Program-made: the position numbers and the translations under genes
Shown: in pieces, positions 1-11,949 of the stretch
How positions within the stretch are numbered: position 1 is the stretch's first letter
Layout of the letters: each line of letters opens with the position of its first letter
Origin: Pecten maximus
Taxonomy: Eukaryota
Assembly: GCF_902652985.1 (NCBI RefSeq)
Contig: NC_047022.1
Span: forward strand, 29,450,001-29,514,000
Length of the DNA: 64,000 bases
Reading direction: 5' to 3'
Notes under the pieces: generated by a model
The model's input: the letters and a program-made list of their open reading frames with translations, nothing else
Told to the model about the DNA's origin: nothing
The model's database searches: none

Positions 1-2875
1 TTTCTGGAGGTAGATCATCATCCAGTTTGTCCTTTTTATCAGGAGGTTCATCTGGAGAAAAAAAAGCAAATTTTTGGAAAAATTCATGTTCTGTTGAGCA
101 ATACTTTATTACTTGAAACTCAAAAGAAAAAAATAAAGCCTTATACAGAAGTTAGATATTTTATTGAGCATGTATTATAGGATAAAGTAAACTGATTTTG
201 CAAGACTTCTCTTTTCATCTGTTATTATCAAATCCTATCACAAATTCAGCTGAGCCCTTAATACATTGAATCCTGTTCCTAAGTTTGTAGACTTCTTGAA
301 AATGTCTTGGAGAGTTATAATTATTTAACAACAAATAACAATGTTTTCCCAACACAAGGGATTATAACTCTAGATCTGTTACTAATTTTGATGATAATCA
401 GATAATATTTGTGGGAGTCATTGCATGGAAACAGCAGAAAACTATTTTTTTTGTTAATTAAGGGCCAAAAACCCATAACTCTGCCAAATAACACTCGGCA
501 AAACTGCATATGGCAATCGAACTTGGCCTAGCCCTTAAGGTATTTAACCTTGTTATCATGTTTGAAGAAAATATATTAACAACTGTCCAGTTATTTCCGG
601 GAAATGGCAGAAACAAATGTTTTTAGTTAATCAATGTTCTAGAACTCCGCCCAAAAAAGTCCAGTAAAAGTGTCAATTAAACTTTGCTGAGCGCGTAAGA
701 CATTTAACCATGTTACCAAGGTTGAAGAAAATCCTTCAACATTTGACTTGTTGCAGTTATCGCACTGAAGCGAAGTGTGACAGACGTATGGACAAACGAC
801 TGAACCCAAATTAATATCCCCCAGGCCATCCCCCCTCCGATCAGCCATTTCGGTAAATGCAGGGGAATGATAATAAAAAAATAAAGAAACCATAATTCTA
901 GTCAAGAATACCATCCAAATTTTGTAATATATCACAGTAACATATCTTTTTATCACATAATCATTATTTTTACTGTCCAGTACATGTAGATGAAGCAGTT
1001 TTGCATCTGTCACCTATTATACCCTGAAATGTTTTCCATTGGCTGCCAAGCTTAAGCCAGAAACCAGTTGTCATGTCATAATATGGACAACATAACATTG
1101 TGAATTGAAAGTGAAGCTACAAAATTGCTGCCTCCGTTTGATTTTTCCTCCATATTTTCACATTGAAACCTGTCAAAATGATTCTTTTCTAAGTCTTGTG
1201 AAGAGTATTTAAGTTTCAAGTTCATATGAGATTTTTTAAAACATGTCTCAAAGTTTTGATTTTTGTTTGAAACCAAGACTCACAAAAATAAGAGCTTTAC
1301 TGGATAAGTCTTTTTTCATAAAATGTCATGTGAAAACTGGTGTAAGTCCAAGATATATGTACATACATGTATGTATATAGTTTTTGCACAGATATAGTTT
1401 AGAATGAAAAGTGCTCTTGAGCTGAAAGGCAATGCTCTGTACTATGTCCAAAATAGTTTTTTGTTATATTATGAGCTGTTGTATTATCAATAACATATAT
1501 TCCCACCCATTTTCTGTTCAGATTCTCGCTTCCTCTTCTGAAGAAGTGGATCCATTGTAGCAGATGCTTTCTTCACTTTGAGTTTCCGTTCCTTCCAAAC
1601 ATGGCCAGTAATCTTCTTAATGGCATCTTCTCTTTCTTCCTCATTCCTGTGTTGAAAGTTTTACACAACATTTAATACAAAGTGCATATTATGTATCAAT
1701 TCAAAAAACTAAACCAACCTTTTTAATCTACACACAAAGATAACTTAAACTAACCAGACTTATTTCCATAGACTATTCAGTTGAAAATTATCAAATCAAA
1801 TATATTTCCATGCTTTCATGATGTCTAAATATGTCTCCAATTATAGCAGGCTATATGACATTAAAATAATTTTACTTTCAGTAGAGCTAGATGATGCTAT
1901 AGAAATATATGTGTGTATTGTATATAATCCTTGATACATGATACACATGCCGTAAAACCTGTATTTAGCAATGTTATGTAAGTAATTATCTATTGTACAA
2001 AGAGTTAACTGATGAAAAAGCAAGATTGAAATAAATTTTAAAAATAAAGCATACTATACATTTGTATGTAATGGTAATTATATACATTGTACATACATAC
2101 CTAAATGTTGCAAATGCAAAGCCTTTCCTTTCAAGGGCTTTGATTTTTACTGGTTTTACTTCCAAAGTTGCTAAGCGTTTCTTTAATTGCTGCAAAATTA
2201 CAATAGATTACATGCACCAGTACTATACACATGTTATCAAATTGGAAATTAACTGCATAACCTCCACCCATGCTGATATGGTTAGTAAATAGTTCATTTT
2301 GTGTTCAAAATTTATTTTCATCAAAGACTATATATATATATGTACATACCAATGATGTTTATATACATCATTCTCATACTACATGTATTTACTTCTGTAT
2401 AATTAAAGTATCATAGAAATTATGGTGGCAATATTCTAAGTATTATGTACAGATATTAGATAAAATTCATCCTTAACTACAAATAATAGTTTTACTCCAT
2501 ATTACTCACTTTAAATCCAAACCTTGGCAGGTTAAGAATTTCTATTTTGAATATTTCAGATGTGAATAAGTGGTCTGTCCTAGAAGCAGAAGACTCATCC
2601 TGGTCTTTTGACTCCTCTTCATCATCCCCATCCTCTCCAACATTCTCACTAATTCCTGCTTCATCAACACCACTTTCTAAATTAACACACATTCCAGCTT
2701 CATCCTTCTTGTCCGATGTGTCACCACTGTCAGTCTGTACCACAGTATCACTGTCAGGTTTAACATTCTCTTGATTGCCTACCGTGGATAGGACAAACTG
2801 ATCCTCTGGTTTACTCCCAGACGGACCAGCTGGGACATTTTGCTCAGTTTCTGTAGCTTCTGAATCACATTCCAT
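1..2875 (-). CDS. TRMT2A: tRNA (uracil-5-)-methyltransferase homolog A, 5' part (RRM region); exons 2510-2875, 2101-2189, 1507-1646, 1-51; continues beyond window start
   Basis: Phase-consistent GT-AG splicing gives MECDSE...(acidic)...HLFTSEIFKIEILNLPRFGFK|QLKKRLATLEVKPVKIKALERKGFAFATFR|NEEEREDAIKKITGHVWKERKLKVKKASATMDPLLQKRKRESEQKM|DEPPDKKDKLDDDLPPE, matching the TRMT2A N-terminal RRM (FTSEIFK.E..N.P...F.TFR...ER..A......W). Confidence 0.9.
430..880 (+). mobile_element. degraded HINE/Helentron-type element fragment in TRMT2A intron
   Basis: Diverged tandem core (aaccttgttatcatgtttgaagaaaat / aaccatgttaccaaggttgaagaaaat), GACAGACG-type microsatellite and 3' CCCC...GGGG stem, as in the other HINEs here. 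Confidence 0.4.
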
Positions 2876-4934
2876 TCTGAAAATCAGCAATAACATGTCA
2901 ACTTAATGAACATGATATGGTGTAAATCATGTAATGAATTCTTACCAAATCAAAGTATTTCTACATGCCCTACTTCATGAATTTACTAATTTAAAACCTT
3001 TCATTGCTTGGTATAATCCTCACTTGTTTTGTCTTTAAGTATTATAGGTATATATATCATCAACATATTTTCATGAACATATCTGATTTTTTTTTGATGA
3101 CTTCACTCATTTATACCGGTTAAGTCAGGTGCCTAGGTATATCTTTTTAATACCATGCTTATTACATTTTAATTTACAATGTGAGCAGTTTTATCTTGTT
3201 GTTGATGATGTGCAATGGTATTTAAAGGACTGTTCATAGAATTTTACTGGTCTGCAAAACAAGTTATCATTTGGGATTCACACAGGGACATTTTAAGTAC
3301 CTGTACTTTCAAACATGGAAATAATTTGTATTGTTGTATTCATATGATGTTTTATGACTAAATAAATGCAACTTCGACGAAAATTTTATAGAAGTTAAGT
3401 TTAAAGTAAAGCTATTTTAGTAACAAAGCTATATTTCAATTGGCATATAATTAATAGGCCAAGTTTGCATATTTTACTGAAGTTGGTGGTTTTCCCAAAC
3501 CGGTACATGCATGGATGTAGCCCCAAGTTTCCTCTGGCCCTGTCACCATATATACCTGGTGCATTTTATTTTCTTCATACTGTATTTAAACAATTTGCTT
3601 AAGGTAATATAAGGATTGTACCTCATTTTGCCTGCATATATAGTATGCCCCCAGTTGCCAACTGTGGGCATAATACCGTGTACTTCAGCTAGCTAAAGCA
3701 AGGTCTCTGGCTATTTTTTTGTTGTGACGCCAACCGACCTTTAGCAACGAAACCCTATTTGACACTGGGCAATGGTTTCAGGATGGAAAGAAAGAGACTA
3801 TAATATCGGTATTCATAAGTCTAAACTTGGTGAATTAATAATACTTTGACACAAAATACTTTGCTATACCATTCCACCACATCAAGTAACCTATTTCGAA
3901 CATGGTGGCATATTGGTTGTGAAAAATATGGAATGTATGTACCAAGCAGAACAAATATAAAGTGCAGATCAAATACTGAAATAGCTTTTTGGTTGTTTTG
4001 CCTTTTATTACATTTTAGTATTTACCAGGCCGCCATTTTCATTCAGAGTGGTACCGGAATGAAGACTGTAAATAATCATGATTGTGCGTCTTTGAGTGCT
4101 ATTTTTGTGGACTTAATGACAGATTAATGAAAATGAGGTAATGACATGACACTGTTAAACACCTTAAACGTTAGACATGTCAGATCAAAGTCCTGACCTT
4201 GAAAATTTGACATTCTGCACAGTGTAAATCCGCCTTGGGAAGTTAGAGGTTACAAATGTACACAGCGCCTGTCATATGTTTCGTGCGGTGTTATCGTCTA
4301 ACGAGTAACTACAGTGTAGATCTTATTAAAGCAAAGGTCTTTACGGACGGAATATTATAATAGAACACCAATATTGGGACTATCTCAATGGGTTTTTTGG
4401 GTTAAATTAATATCTCATTTATCCAAATATGTATGGTAGGTGTACATGTTATGTCACGCCCAATTTTACTGTGTTCTACCAAAGTCTTAGATACAAACGG
4501 TGTCAGAGAATTCCACGTTTCATATTTGTAGTGCTCTCTGGCAATAAACCAGACACAAACATCTCTGGTCAGGGCCAGAGGAAACTTGGGCTACCTACAG
4601 TCATGCTATGTTAGTCAATTAGTTATCGTTAAAATACAGGACTTCTTTATAAATGTCAATACAGTGTACACGATCAATCTCTGAAATATACGTAATACTA
4701 TATCATTTGCTACGAACCTCTAGATCTGTGGTTAGACTTTCAAGTTTTTCAGTTAAATAAAAAAGGAATATTTTCTCTTTACTGTTTCGCATTAGATCAT
4801 AGATGCTTAGCACGTTTATATCCAAGACCGTATCTACATACATCAGTCTAGATCTATAACAGCTGTATAATCGGTCTTGGACTTATATAATTATGAAATA
4901 GGGACTTCAGTTAAAAAAACAAACATTTGCGGTA

Positions 4935-5790
4935 AGACGATTTACAGGATCGGGCAGAATTGGGCAGAATCGGGCAGGATCGGAGTAGAATCGGACCGTT
5001 CATGCTATGCCAATGCATTTATTTTGATTTTAAACGAGCATATTTTAAACGCACTGGACCAAAAGACGATTTACAGGATCGGGCGGCTTACGGACACGAT
5101 CAGACCTTTTAGTTATTAGTGATGTGTTTATTTTGGTTTTAAACTGGTATATTTAAAACATTATTGCATAATTATAACAAAATGATCAGACATGAATTCA
5201 ATTATTAAGTATTTTTCCCATCAACGTACTGCCCGCACCGGACCAAAAGACGATTTACAGGATCGGGAGGCTCACACACAAGATCAGACCTTTAAATTAT
5301 TAGTGATGTATTTAGTTTGATTTCAAACGAGCATATTTGGAACATTATTGCCTTATTATAACAAAATTATATGAATTATTGATATTTTTCACATAAATGC
5401 AATGCGTGCACTGGACCAACCCACAGGGGGCTAACTCAATGAAAATAGAATTTACCATACATATTTCGTATTTACTGGATGGACTGATCAATATACTTAA
5501 CGACCATATGATTTTTTTCAGAAAAGTCGAGATTTAAAAAATTATTAAAAAATCTAGGTAATTTCTCTGTTTTATTAGTAATTACCTCGATTTTTTAATA
5601 ATTTTTTAAATCTCGATTTTTCTGAAAGAAATCATATGGTCGTTAAGTATATTGACCAGTCCATCCAGTAAATACGAAATATGTATGGTAAATTCCATTT
5701 TCATTGAGTTAGCCCCCTGTGGACCAAAAGACGATTTACAGGATCGGGCAGAATCGGGCTGCTCACACACAAGATGGGACCTTTAAATGC
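4935..5790 (+). repeat. degenerate ~180-bp tandem array (core GGACCAAAAGACGATTTACAGGATCGGG), last copy interrupted by a palindromic element
   Basis: Core seen at about 4935 (partial), 5056, 5240 and split across 5413/5721. Confidence 0.7.
5422..5721. mobile_element. 300-bp palindromic non-autonomous DNA transposon (P-superfamily-like termini)
   Basis: About 140-bp near-perfect inverted arms CACAGGGGGCTAACTCAATG...CATTGAGTTAGCCCCCTGTG; imperfect 8-bp TSD gaccaacc/gaccaaaa. Confidence 0.8.
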
Positions 5791-6053
5791 TAAGCACCTT
5801 TTTGTTTACTCCAATAATATTAGAGGTTTACACGACAGGAAACTTTTGACAGGCTGTCATGTAATATCGACCAATGTAATCAGGTGGAATAAGACCTCAT
5901 ATACGTATAGGAGTACTTTTTGTTTAGATCTATATAGTCTATTAACTTCGGAGAGAAAGAAAAAAGGAAAGTGAGCAATCATACAGTTCAATAAAAAAAA
6001 TAACATGATATAACAAGATAAATGAATAGGTTTACATCATAGGGTTTTCTTAC

Positions 6054-6125
6054 CTATTTCGTGTGTTAGCCTAGATATAATATGTCGGAAATGAAATCGA
6101 AATCGAAAGCACACGCTGCTTCCGG
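6054..6125 (-). promoter_or_regulatory. candidate TRMT2A non-coding first exon / promoter
   Basis: The TRMT2A ATG exon starts at an acceptor (2876), so an upstream exon must exist. Minus-strand donor AG|GTAAGA at 6053 and ETS-like CCGGAAG at 6119-6125. An alternative candidate lies near a YY1-like CCGCCATTTT at about 4030. Confidence 0.3.
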
Positions 6126-6466
6126 TGCTTGGGAGATAGTAAAACACAGACCTGATTAGTGTATGTTCCGGATCCCAGTCAACAATAACGGGGCACATGA
6201 AGATATCTATACATGCTTGGTGGACAAAACCGGCTCGTCATTGCAGTGTAACCTTTCAGATGATATAGTTCATGGAAGTAATAGCGACAGTACAGATAGG
6301 TAAGTTTGCAGACACTAAAAGTATTGCCAATGGATACAATGAATTAATCAATGAAAATTAATTAATTAATTAACACTTCCAGTAATTGTATTTAATTTTC
6401 AAATCACTAAATTTATACCAAAGTAACAGTTGTAATTTATGATTATTAATTATTGATGTACTTTAT

Positions 6467-6495
6467 CAGAGACGTGTACGTTTATCACGTCTGTG
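6467..6495. mobile_element. 29-bp hairpin micro-element with 7-bp TSD
   Basis: ACTTTAT-CAGAGACGTG-tacgtttat-CACGTCTGTG-ACTTTAT: 10-bp TIR (9/10) flanked by a perfect 7-bp direct repeat. Confidence 0.6.
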
Positions 6496-6639
6496 ACTTT
6501 ATTAAATCGTTATTTACATGTGCGGATTCAAATGTATGTACCGCAGCATACAGGACTTAACGGACACTTTGAATGCTACAAAATGACATACACAGCATTT
6601 CAAGCGGAGTGCAAAATAGTTACTACTTTCCATCCAGGT

Positions 6640-7830
6640 GCTGTTAGTTAGGTGTGGTTCAGATTACAGCGAAATCCCACAGGAAAGAATTAAACAGCTA
6701 GAGACCATACTCGAAACAGTAGAATCAGAGAAATCAAATGTCAACATCCAACGGATTATAGAGACCATACTCGAAACAGTATAGAATCAGAGAAATCAAA
6801 TGTCAACATCCAACGGATCAGAGACCATACTCTAAACAGAGGAATCAGAGAAATCAAATGTCAACATCCAACGGATCAGAGACCATACTCTAAACAGTAG
6901 AATCAGAGAAATCAAATGTCAACATCCGATGGATCAGAGACCATACTCTAAACAGAGGAATCAGAGAAATGAAATGTCAACATCCGAAGGATCAGAGACC
7001 ATACTCGAAACAGTATAGAATCAGAGAAATCAAATGTCAACATCCAACGGATTATAGAGACCATACTCGAAACAGTATAGAATCAGAGAAATCAAATGTC
7101 AACATCCAACGGATTAGAGACCATACTCGAAACAGTAGAATCAGAGAAATCAAATGTCAACATCCGACGGATCAGAGACCATACTCGAAACGATGGAATC
7201 AGAGAAATCAAATGTCAACATCCGACGGATCAGAGACCATACTCGAAACAGTAGAATCAGAGAAATCAAATGTCAACATCCGATGGATCAGAGACCATAC
7301 TCTAAACAGAGGAATCAGAGAAATGAAATGTCAACATCCGATGGATCAGAGACCATACTCGTAACGGTGGATTCAGAGAAATCAAATGTTAACATCCGAT
7401 GGATCAGAGACCATACTCGTAACGGTGGATTCAGAGAAATCAAATGTCAACATCCGATGGATCAGAGACCATACTCGAAACAGTAGAATCAGAGAAATCA
7501 AATGTCAACATCCGACGGATCAGAGACCATACTCTAAACAGAGGGATCAGAGAAGGACGTGGGAGTTAGAGTACTATTGCCCCGAAACTCAAATTCGGAA
7601 AACATATACAGACGCTGGTTAACAAAAGCAAATGACTAGCTAAAATAGTAAAAAGATCATTTAAATCTAGACTACAAACGTTTCTTTCTGATGTTCCAAA
7701 CACTAGTGCGGCCTCATCTGATATATTCATGCCTGTGGTGTTGTGTGGAGTTCATTAGAAATAGAATCCAAAACACGTGGAAATGTACATAGAAGAGCCA
7801 ACAATATGTTACCAAACCTCAGAGAAAAAT
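6640..7830 (+). mobile_element. degraded CR1-group LINE, post-RT region
   Basis: After the satellite, frameshifted ...EKDVGV...KHIQ.LVNK.N...IVKRSFK.LD...TLVRPHL.Y, typical of the CR1/L2 ORF2 C-terminus. Confidence 0.65.
6700..7553 (+). repeat. ~59-62-bp minisatellite, about 14 copies, derived from LINE coding sequence
   Basis: Unit AGAGACCATACTCGAAACAGTAGAATCAGAGAAATCAAATGTCAACATCCGACGGATC in tandem. Confidence 0.95.
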
Positions 7831-8699
7831 CGTATTAGTCTTCAGCCTAGGTGTCGATGCCTAACATTGATTTAAACATATTTTATTGCCTTTAAGCAAC
7901 GGGATTGGGCACAAGTTGTACAACTTATTCAAAGCCCTCTCCCTATGACAAAACATTGGTATATATACAATACAATTCAAGATGGCATAAAATAATATAA
8001 CATGTATATATACACTCTCATGCAATTTTGCAACCTACATGTATTTACACAATGCCTAACATTACATTACCAGGTTCGGGAAAGCCATCAACTTGCATAT
8101 TATACGCAAATTGAGGTATGGTTTTAATAGCTAAAATGTCTTTAAACTTCAATTTTTAATTTGTTTTCGTCCAATTCGCATATATTTGGTTATGAATCAT
8201 GTTAAGCACAAATCGAATTGATTTGCACGTGGAAAAAGTACCAACAATTGATGTAATACTTCCGACGGAGCATCCTCTAGTATCTATATAGCGCTTTCGG
8301 TAAACATCTTTTAGTGAAATATTGTTGAGCTTGTCGCAAATTAATTCGCCTTAAAATAATTTATTGCATTTTCTACTGCTTATGCGGTTTTTTTTTTTTT
8401 TTTTTTTTTTTTGGTTTTTTGGTTTTGTTTTTTTGTTTTCTATTTTCAGCAACTACTCTTCCCTTAAATAGATTACAGAAACCGGAGTTACCGCTAATAA
8501 ACACACACATTTGACCCTTTTTGGCAATAGCCTGCTATTTTTAGGACAATCTTCATGTACCCTTAAGACAGAAATTTTGTTCTCGTAGTTAGATATTTTA
8601 TCTTTATCAATTTCATCCAGTTTTTTTTTCTTCTTTTTTTTAAGACTCTGCATTTATACCCATGTATATATACATGTATACACATGGTATACAAATCCT

Positions 8700-9650
8700 G
8701 TGACTGCAATTCTCATTGACGATTTTTGGTTTAATCTCGGACGATCCTTCTCTTCCGTGGTTGACCCCGAACCCTGTAAATGATTCCCCCGCCGTGATGT
8801 TCATTTTGCCTACAACTTTAATATTTTTCCTTGTCTCGATCGACCTTCGTTAAATCGCTGCTAATTCGTATGTTTCCAAGATCTTCGTTCTTTAGACTTA
8901 ATATTCCTTAAAAGTTCTCTTTTGCTTTCTGTGGATTCCAATGATACAAGGTCGGATTTTTCCGATTTTGACGAAGTTTCATCCTCTTGTCTCTTTTGAT
9001 TTTTAGAATGTCCTTGTTTATTGTGAGATTGGTTACTTTGTATGTTCTCAGTAGTTTTCTTATCCTTTCCTCGTCAGCGCTATTCCTCATCTTACTGTCT
9101 TCGTGTTTCTGTTTTGGGAAACCATAAATTATAAAAACATTCTCACTCTTTTCCAATCTAATTAAAATCTAGATGGCCATTCCCACTACGTTACATGAAC
9201 ATCTAACAACATCCCATAAGGGGTCACGTCGGGGTGACCTTTGAGATGTGTGTTTTTCACTTTTAGGGCGAAATTTGCCAATTTGCCGATACCATTTCGT
9301 CACAGAATACATAGGAAGCAAACCATTTCAGTACAGCATCTACATTTTGGTTAGTGGGACGAAATGACTTGAAAGAAATCGACACATTATGCAAGCTATG
9401 CATTCTAGTCATGCTAATTCGGACACATAAAATTCACTTCCAAGATTCTGGAAGTAGTCATTTGATTGGCTAATCAAAAAGGTCATCAGAACGTGACCCC
9501 TCATGGAATGTTGTTAGATGTTCATGAATGACCGTCCATATTTTAATTAGATTGACTCTTTTTCCTGCCATTAAATTTGTTTGACCTCTTGTAAGCTTTG
9601 CTCCTGACCACTATCTGAGTTGGTCCGAGGCTTTTGATATATTTCTGACT
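8700..9650 (-). mobile_element. degraded LINE ORF1-like fragment, interrupted by MULE-like element
   Basis: NVFIIYGFP...DEERIRKLL...ILKIKR resembles the NIIIYG.PE motif of CR1/L2 ORF1. Confidence 0.4.
9154..9554. mobile_element. non-autonomous Mutator(MULE)-like element, copy 1
   Basis: Long TIRs CAATCTAATTAAAAT...ATTTTAATTAGATTG; 9-bp TSD actcttttc/actcttttt. Confidence 0.8.
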
Positions 9651-11949
9651 TGACAATGGCAACTTGAACTATTTCCAATTGAAAAAAAGCTATTTCGATA
9701 TGTTTAAAATGTAGAAAAAAAGTCATTTGATCTTAGTTGTAGGAATCACAAAAACATGTTGTTGAAATAACTGATAGATATGGATTTGAAAGTGATTCGC
9801 AAACATCACCATTAACACATTCGATTCCAATACATAGTTAAAATATATTATATGGGGCAAAGAAGTAATTCAAACAGTGTAAACAATAGGGCTTGTTAAA
9901 TTTTCGAGGCAATCCGCACCTTTATCAAAACACAAAAAATTACAAATACAATCACATAGTATATATAAAAAGTACTGGAAATACAATAAAATACAATAAG
10001 AATAATGTTTTAGTAACTGGAGAAACCACAATATAAAATATATTATATATACATGTAATATGTAAAGATCAGTTTCTATTACGGCGTAACATGTCTAAAA
10101 ATCATTTTTGACAATATTAACATACATATAGATACATAGATTTATTCTGAGAGCATATACAAAATATGTACAAGTTTTACGTCCTTTGATATTCAGCTCG
10201 TAATTAAGTTATTGAAATAATAAATAATACGTATGTATATAACATGTATACAACATTTTGAACTATTGAAAAGCTATTGCTCTCTACCACAGAATATGAG
10301 TAACGATAACTATATTTATCATTTTAAACGACATACGTAAGTTTGTAGTGGATTGGTTTCTTTGACCGTGTCTTATGGTTTGTTTCAATCTTTTTAAACT
10401 GGACAAATAGATGTCATAAATCATAAGATTATAATGATATACCGAATAAATTTCATATTTCCCAGAAAAAGCGGCACGATGTTGGCGCTGAGGTATGTAC
10501 TTTGGAGACAGCAGATCTGTGTTTGAATTTTCATTTTACACATGTATTATTACATTTTGTATGTACCGTATCATGGGCATTTTAACTTTTTAAAGAATAT
10601 TTCATCTTTATCAAGATGAAGACTGCTAAATAATATAGATATGATGGTGAAGAGGAGGAGGAGGATGGGATGAGGAGGATGAGGGGAATGCATGCTATTG
10701 TTTTGAATGTGTATGTATGGGATTGTTTTATTTGTATTTGCCAGATGTAACTGGTATTTATCAGTGTGGAGCGTGGTCAATCGTGCCGATGACTCAGTTG
10801 ACGTTGCGTGTACTTTGCAAGTCCGTGAGAGTTGCAAGTTCCGCTTCCGGTACTTGTAAGTTACACGGAGGGGACACCGGTCGCCGTGAGAGATGCAAGA
10901 ACCGTGAGAGTTTCAAGCCAGAACAGTTTGTCATTGAAACAGGTCATGAGCTGTGTGTTTTACCGTCATTAAATATGTTAACCGATATTGCACCGTTACA
11001 ATGATCGCGTTACAATGTCGGTGGCGGCTGTCATTGTGTTTTTAGAATGCCGGTACAAAAGATATGACCAACACATACGCTGAGCCCTTGACACGATTGA
11101 TCAGGCTACCAGTGAACTGAATATTTGTGTGTGGGTGTGGATATGGGTTTGGTGTGTGTGTGTGTGTGTATTTCTGTCATATATACACAGGTATGGGTAT
11201 GTATGGTTATCAACGAACTTGTTGTAGTTTGCAAGGATCGAACTCTCACCATGGAATTTCTCCGCTGAAATCCTACGCTATGGAAACACACTCGTAGAAA
11301 TAAAACACCAAAAAACTTGATATCTCTTACAACACGAAGCTACGAAGCTTGCCTACACGTGCGTATGCATAGTTCATTACACGATGTCATGAAATCTAAT
11401 ATTCATCAATTACAGATAATCCAAAACAGATAAAGACATTATTTTTTTGTAAACAATATTTTGTTACATGTTTGAGAAGCAGACGACGTTTTAACATAAT
11501 CTCAGAACTTTGAAATTATTTTTTCCAACTTAGTTTTCAATATCAAAAGAAATTTTTTCATGGTAAGATCTGTTTAGTTTTTATAAATTGATTAAATTGG
11601 ATAGAGAAAAAAAGTAGACGATTGATATTGATTTTTTTTTTTTTTTTTTGCAGCTACATCTTCCTTAGAAAGTATGATTTCGGTAAAAAAATCGTTCAAA
11701 CGTACATTTGTTTTTGTAATTGTAAATAAAACATGGCGACTGGAAGCTGTCAGGCGGCTTTAAGTGGAATTTAATTGCGTATATTTCGGCAAGTAAGCTA
11801 TGTGCAGTGTCCTCGTGTGGTCAGATCATCTAACTTCGTTAGCGTGTATTCAGACCATTTCTTTTATAACTTAGTAAAACTTAGTATATTCTCATATTTG
11901 TCTCTATGTTCATATCGTTGTCCATATAACATTCAAACAGAGATGTATT

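Larger units (their letters stand above)
6163..10855 (+). pseudogene. possible decayed integrin beta-like exon chain (6163-6299, 10466-10492, 10745-10855)
   Basis: Three GT-AG exons joined in phase 2 read open; the last encodes C-x20-C-x7-C-x-F-x-F-x-Y (CNWYLSVWSVVNRADDSVDVACTLQVRESCKFRFRY), the spacing of the integrin beta tail domain. Downstream frames contain stops. Confidence 0.3.

Noticed and set aside
6700-7553. Regular repeats suggesting a CRISPR array or repeat protein
   Set aside because: Head-to-tail units without unique spacers, eukaryotic context, no cas genes; unit length varies by non-multiples of 3.
10717-11004. ORF with Ig-like DVTGIYQCGA...LTLRV motif
   Set aside because: That frame is not phase-compatible with the neighbouring candidate exons and lacks the rest of an Ig domain; the alternative frame fits better, though both are weak.
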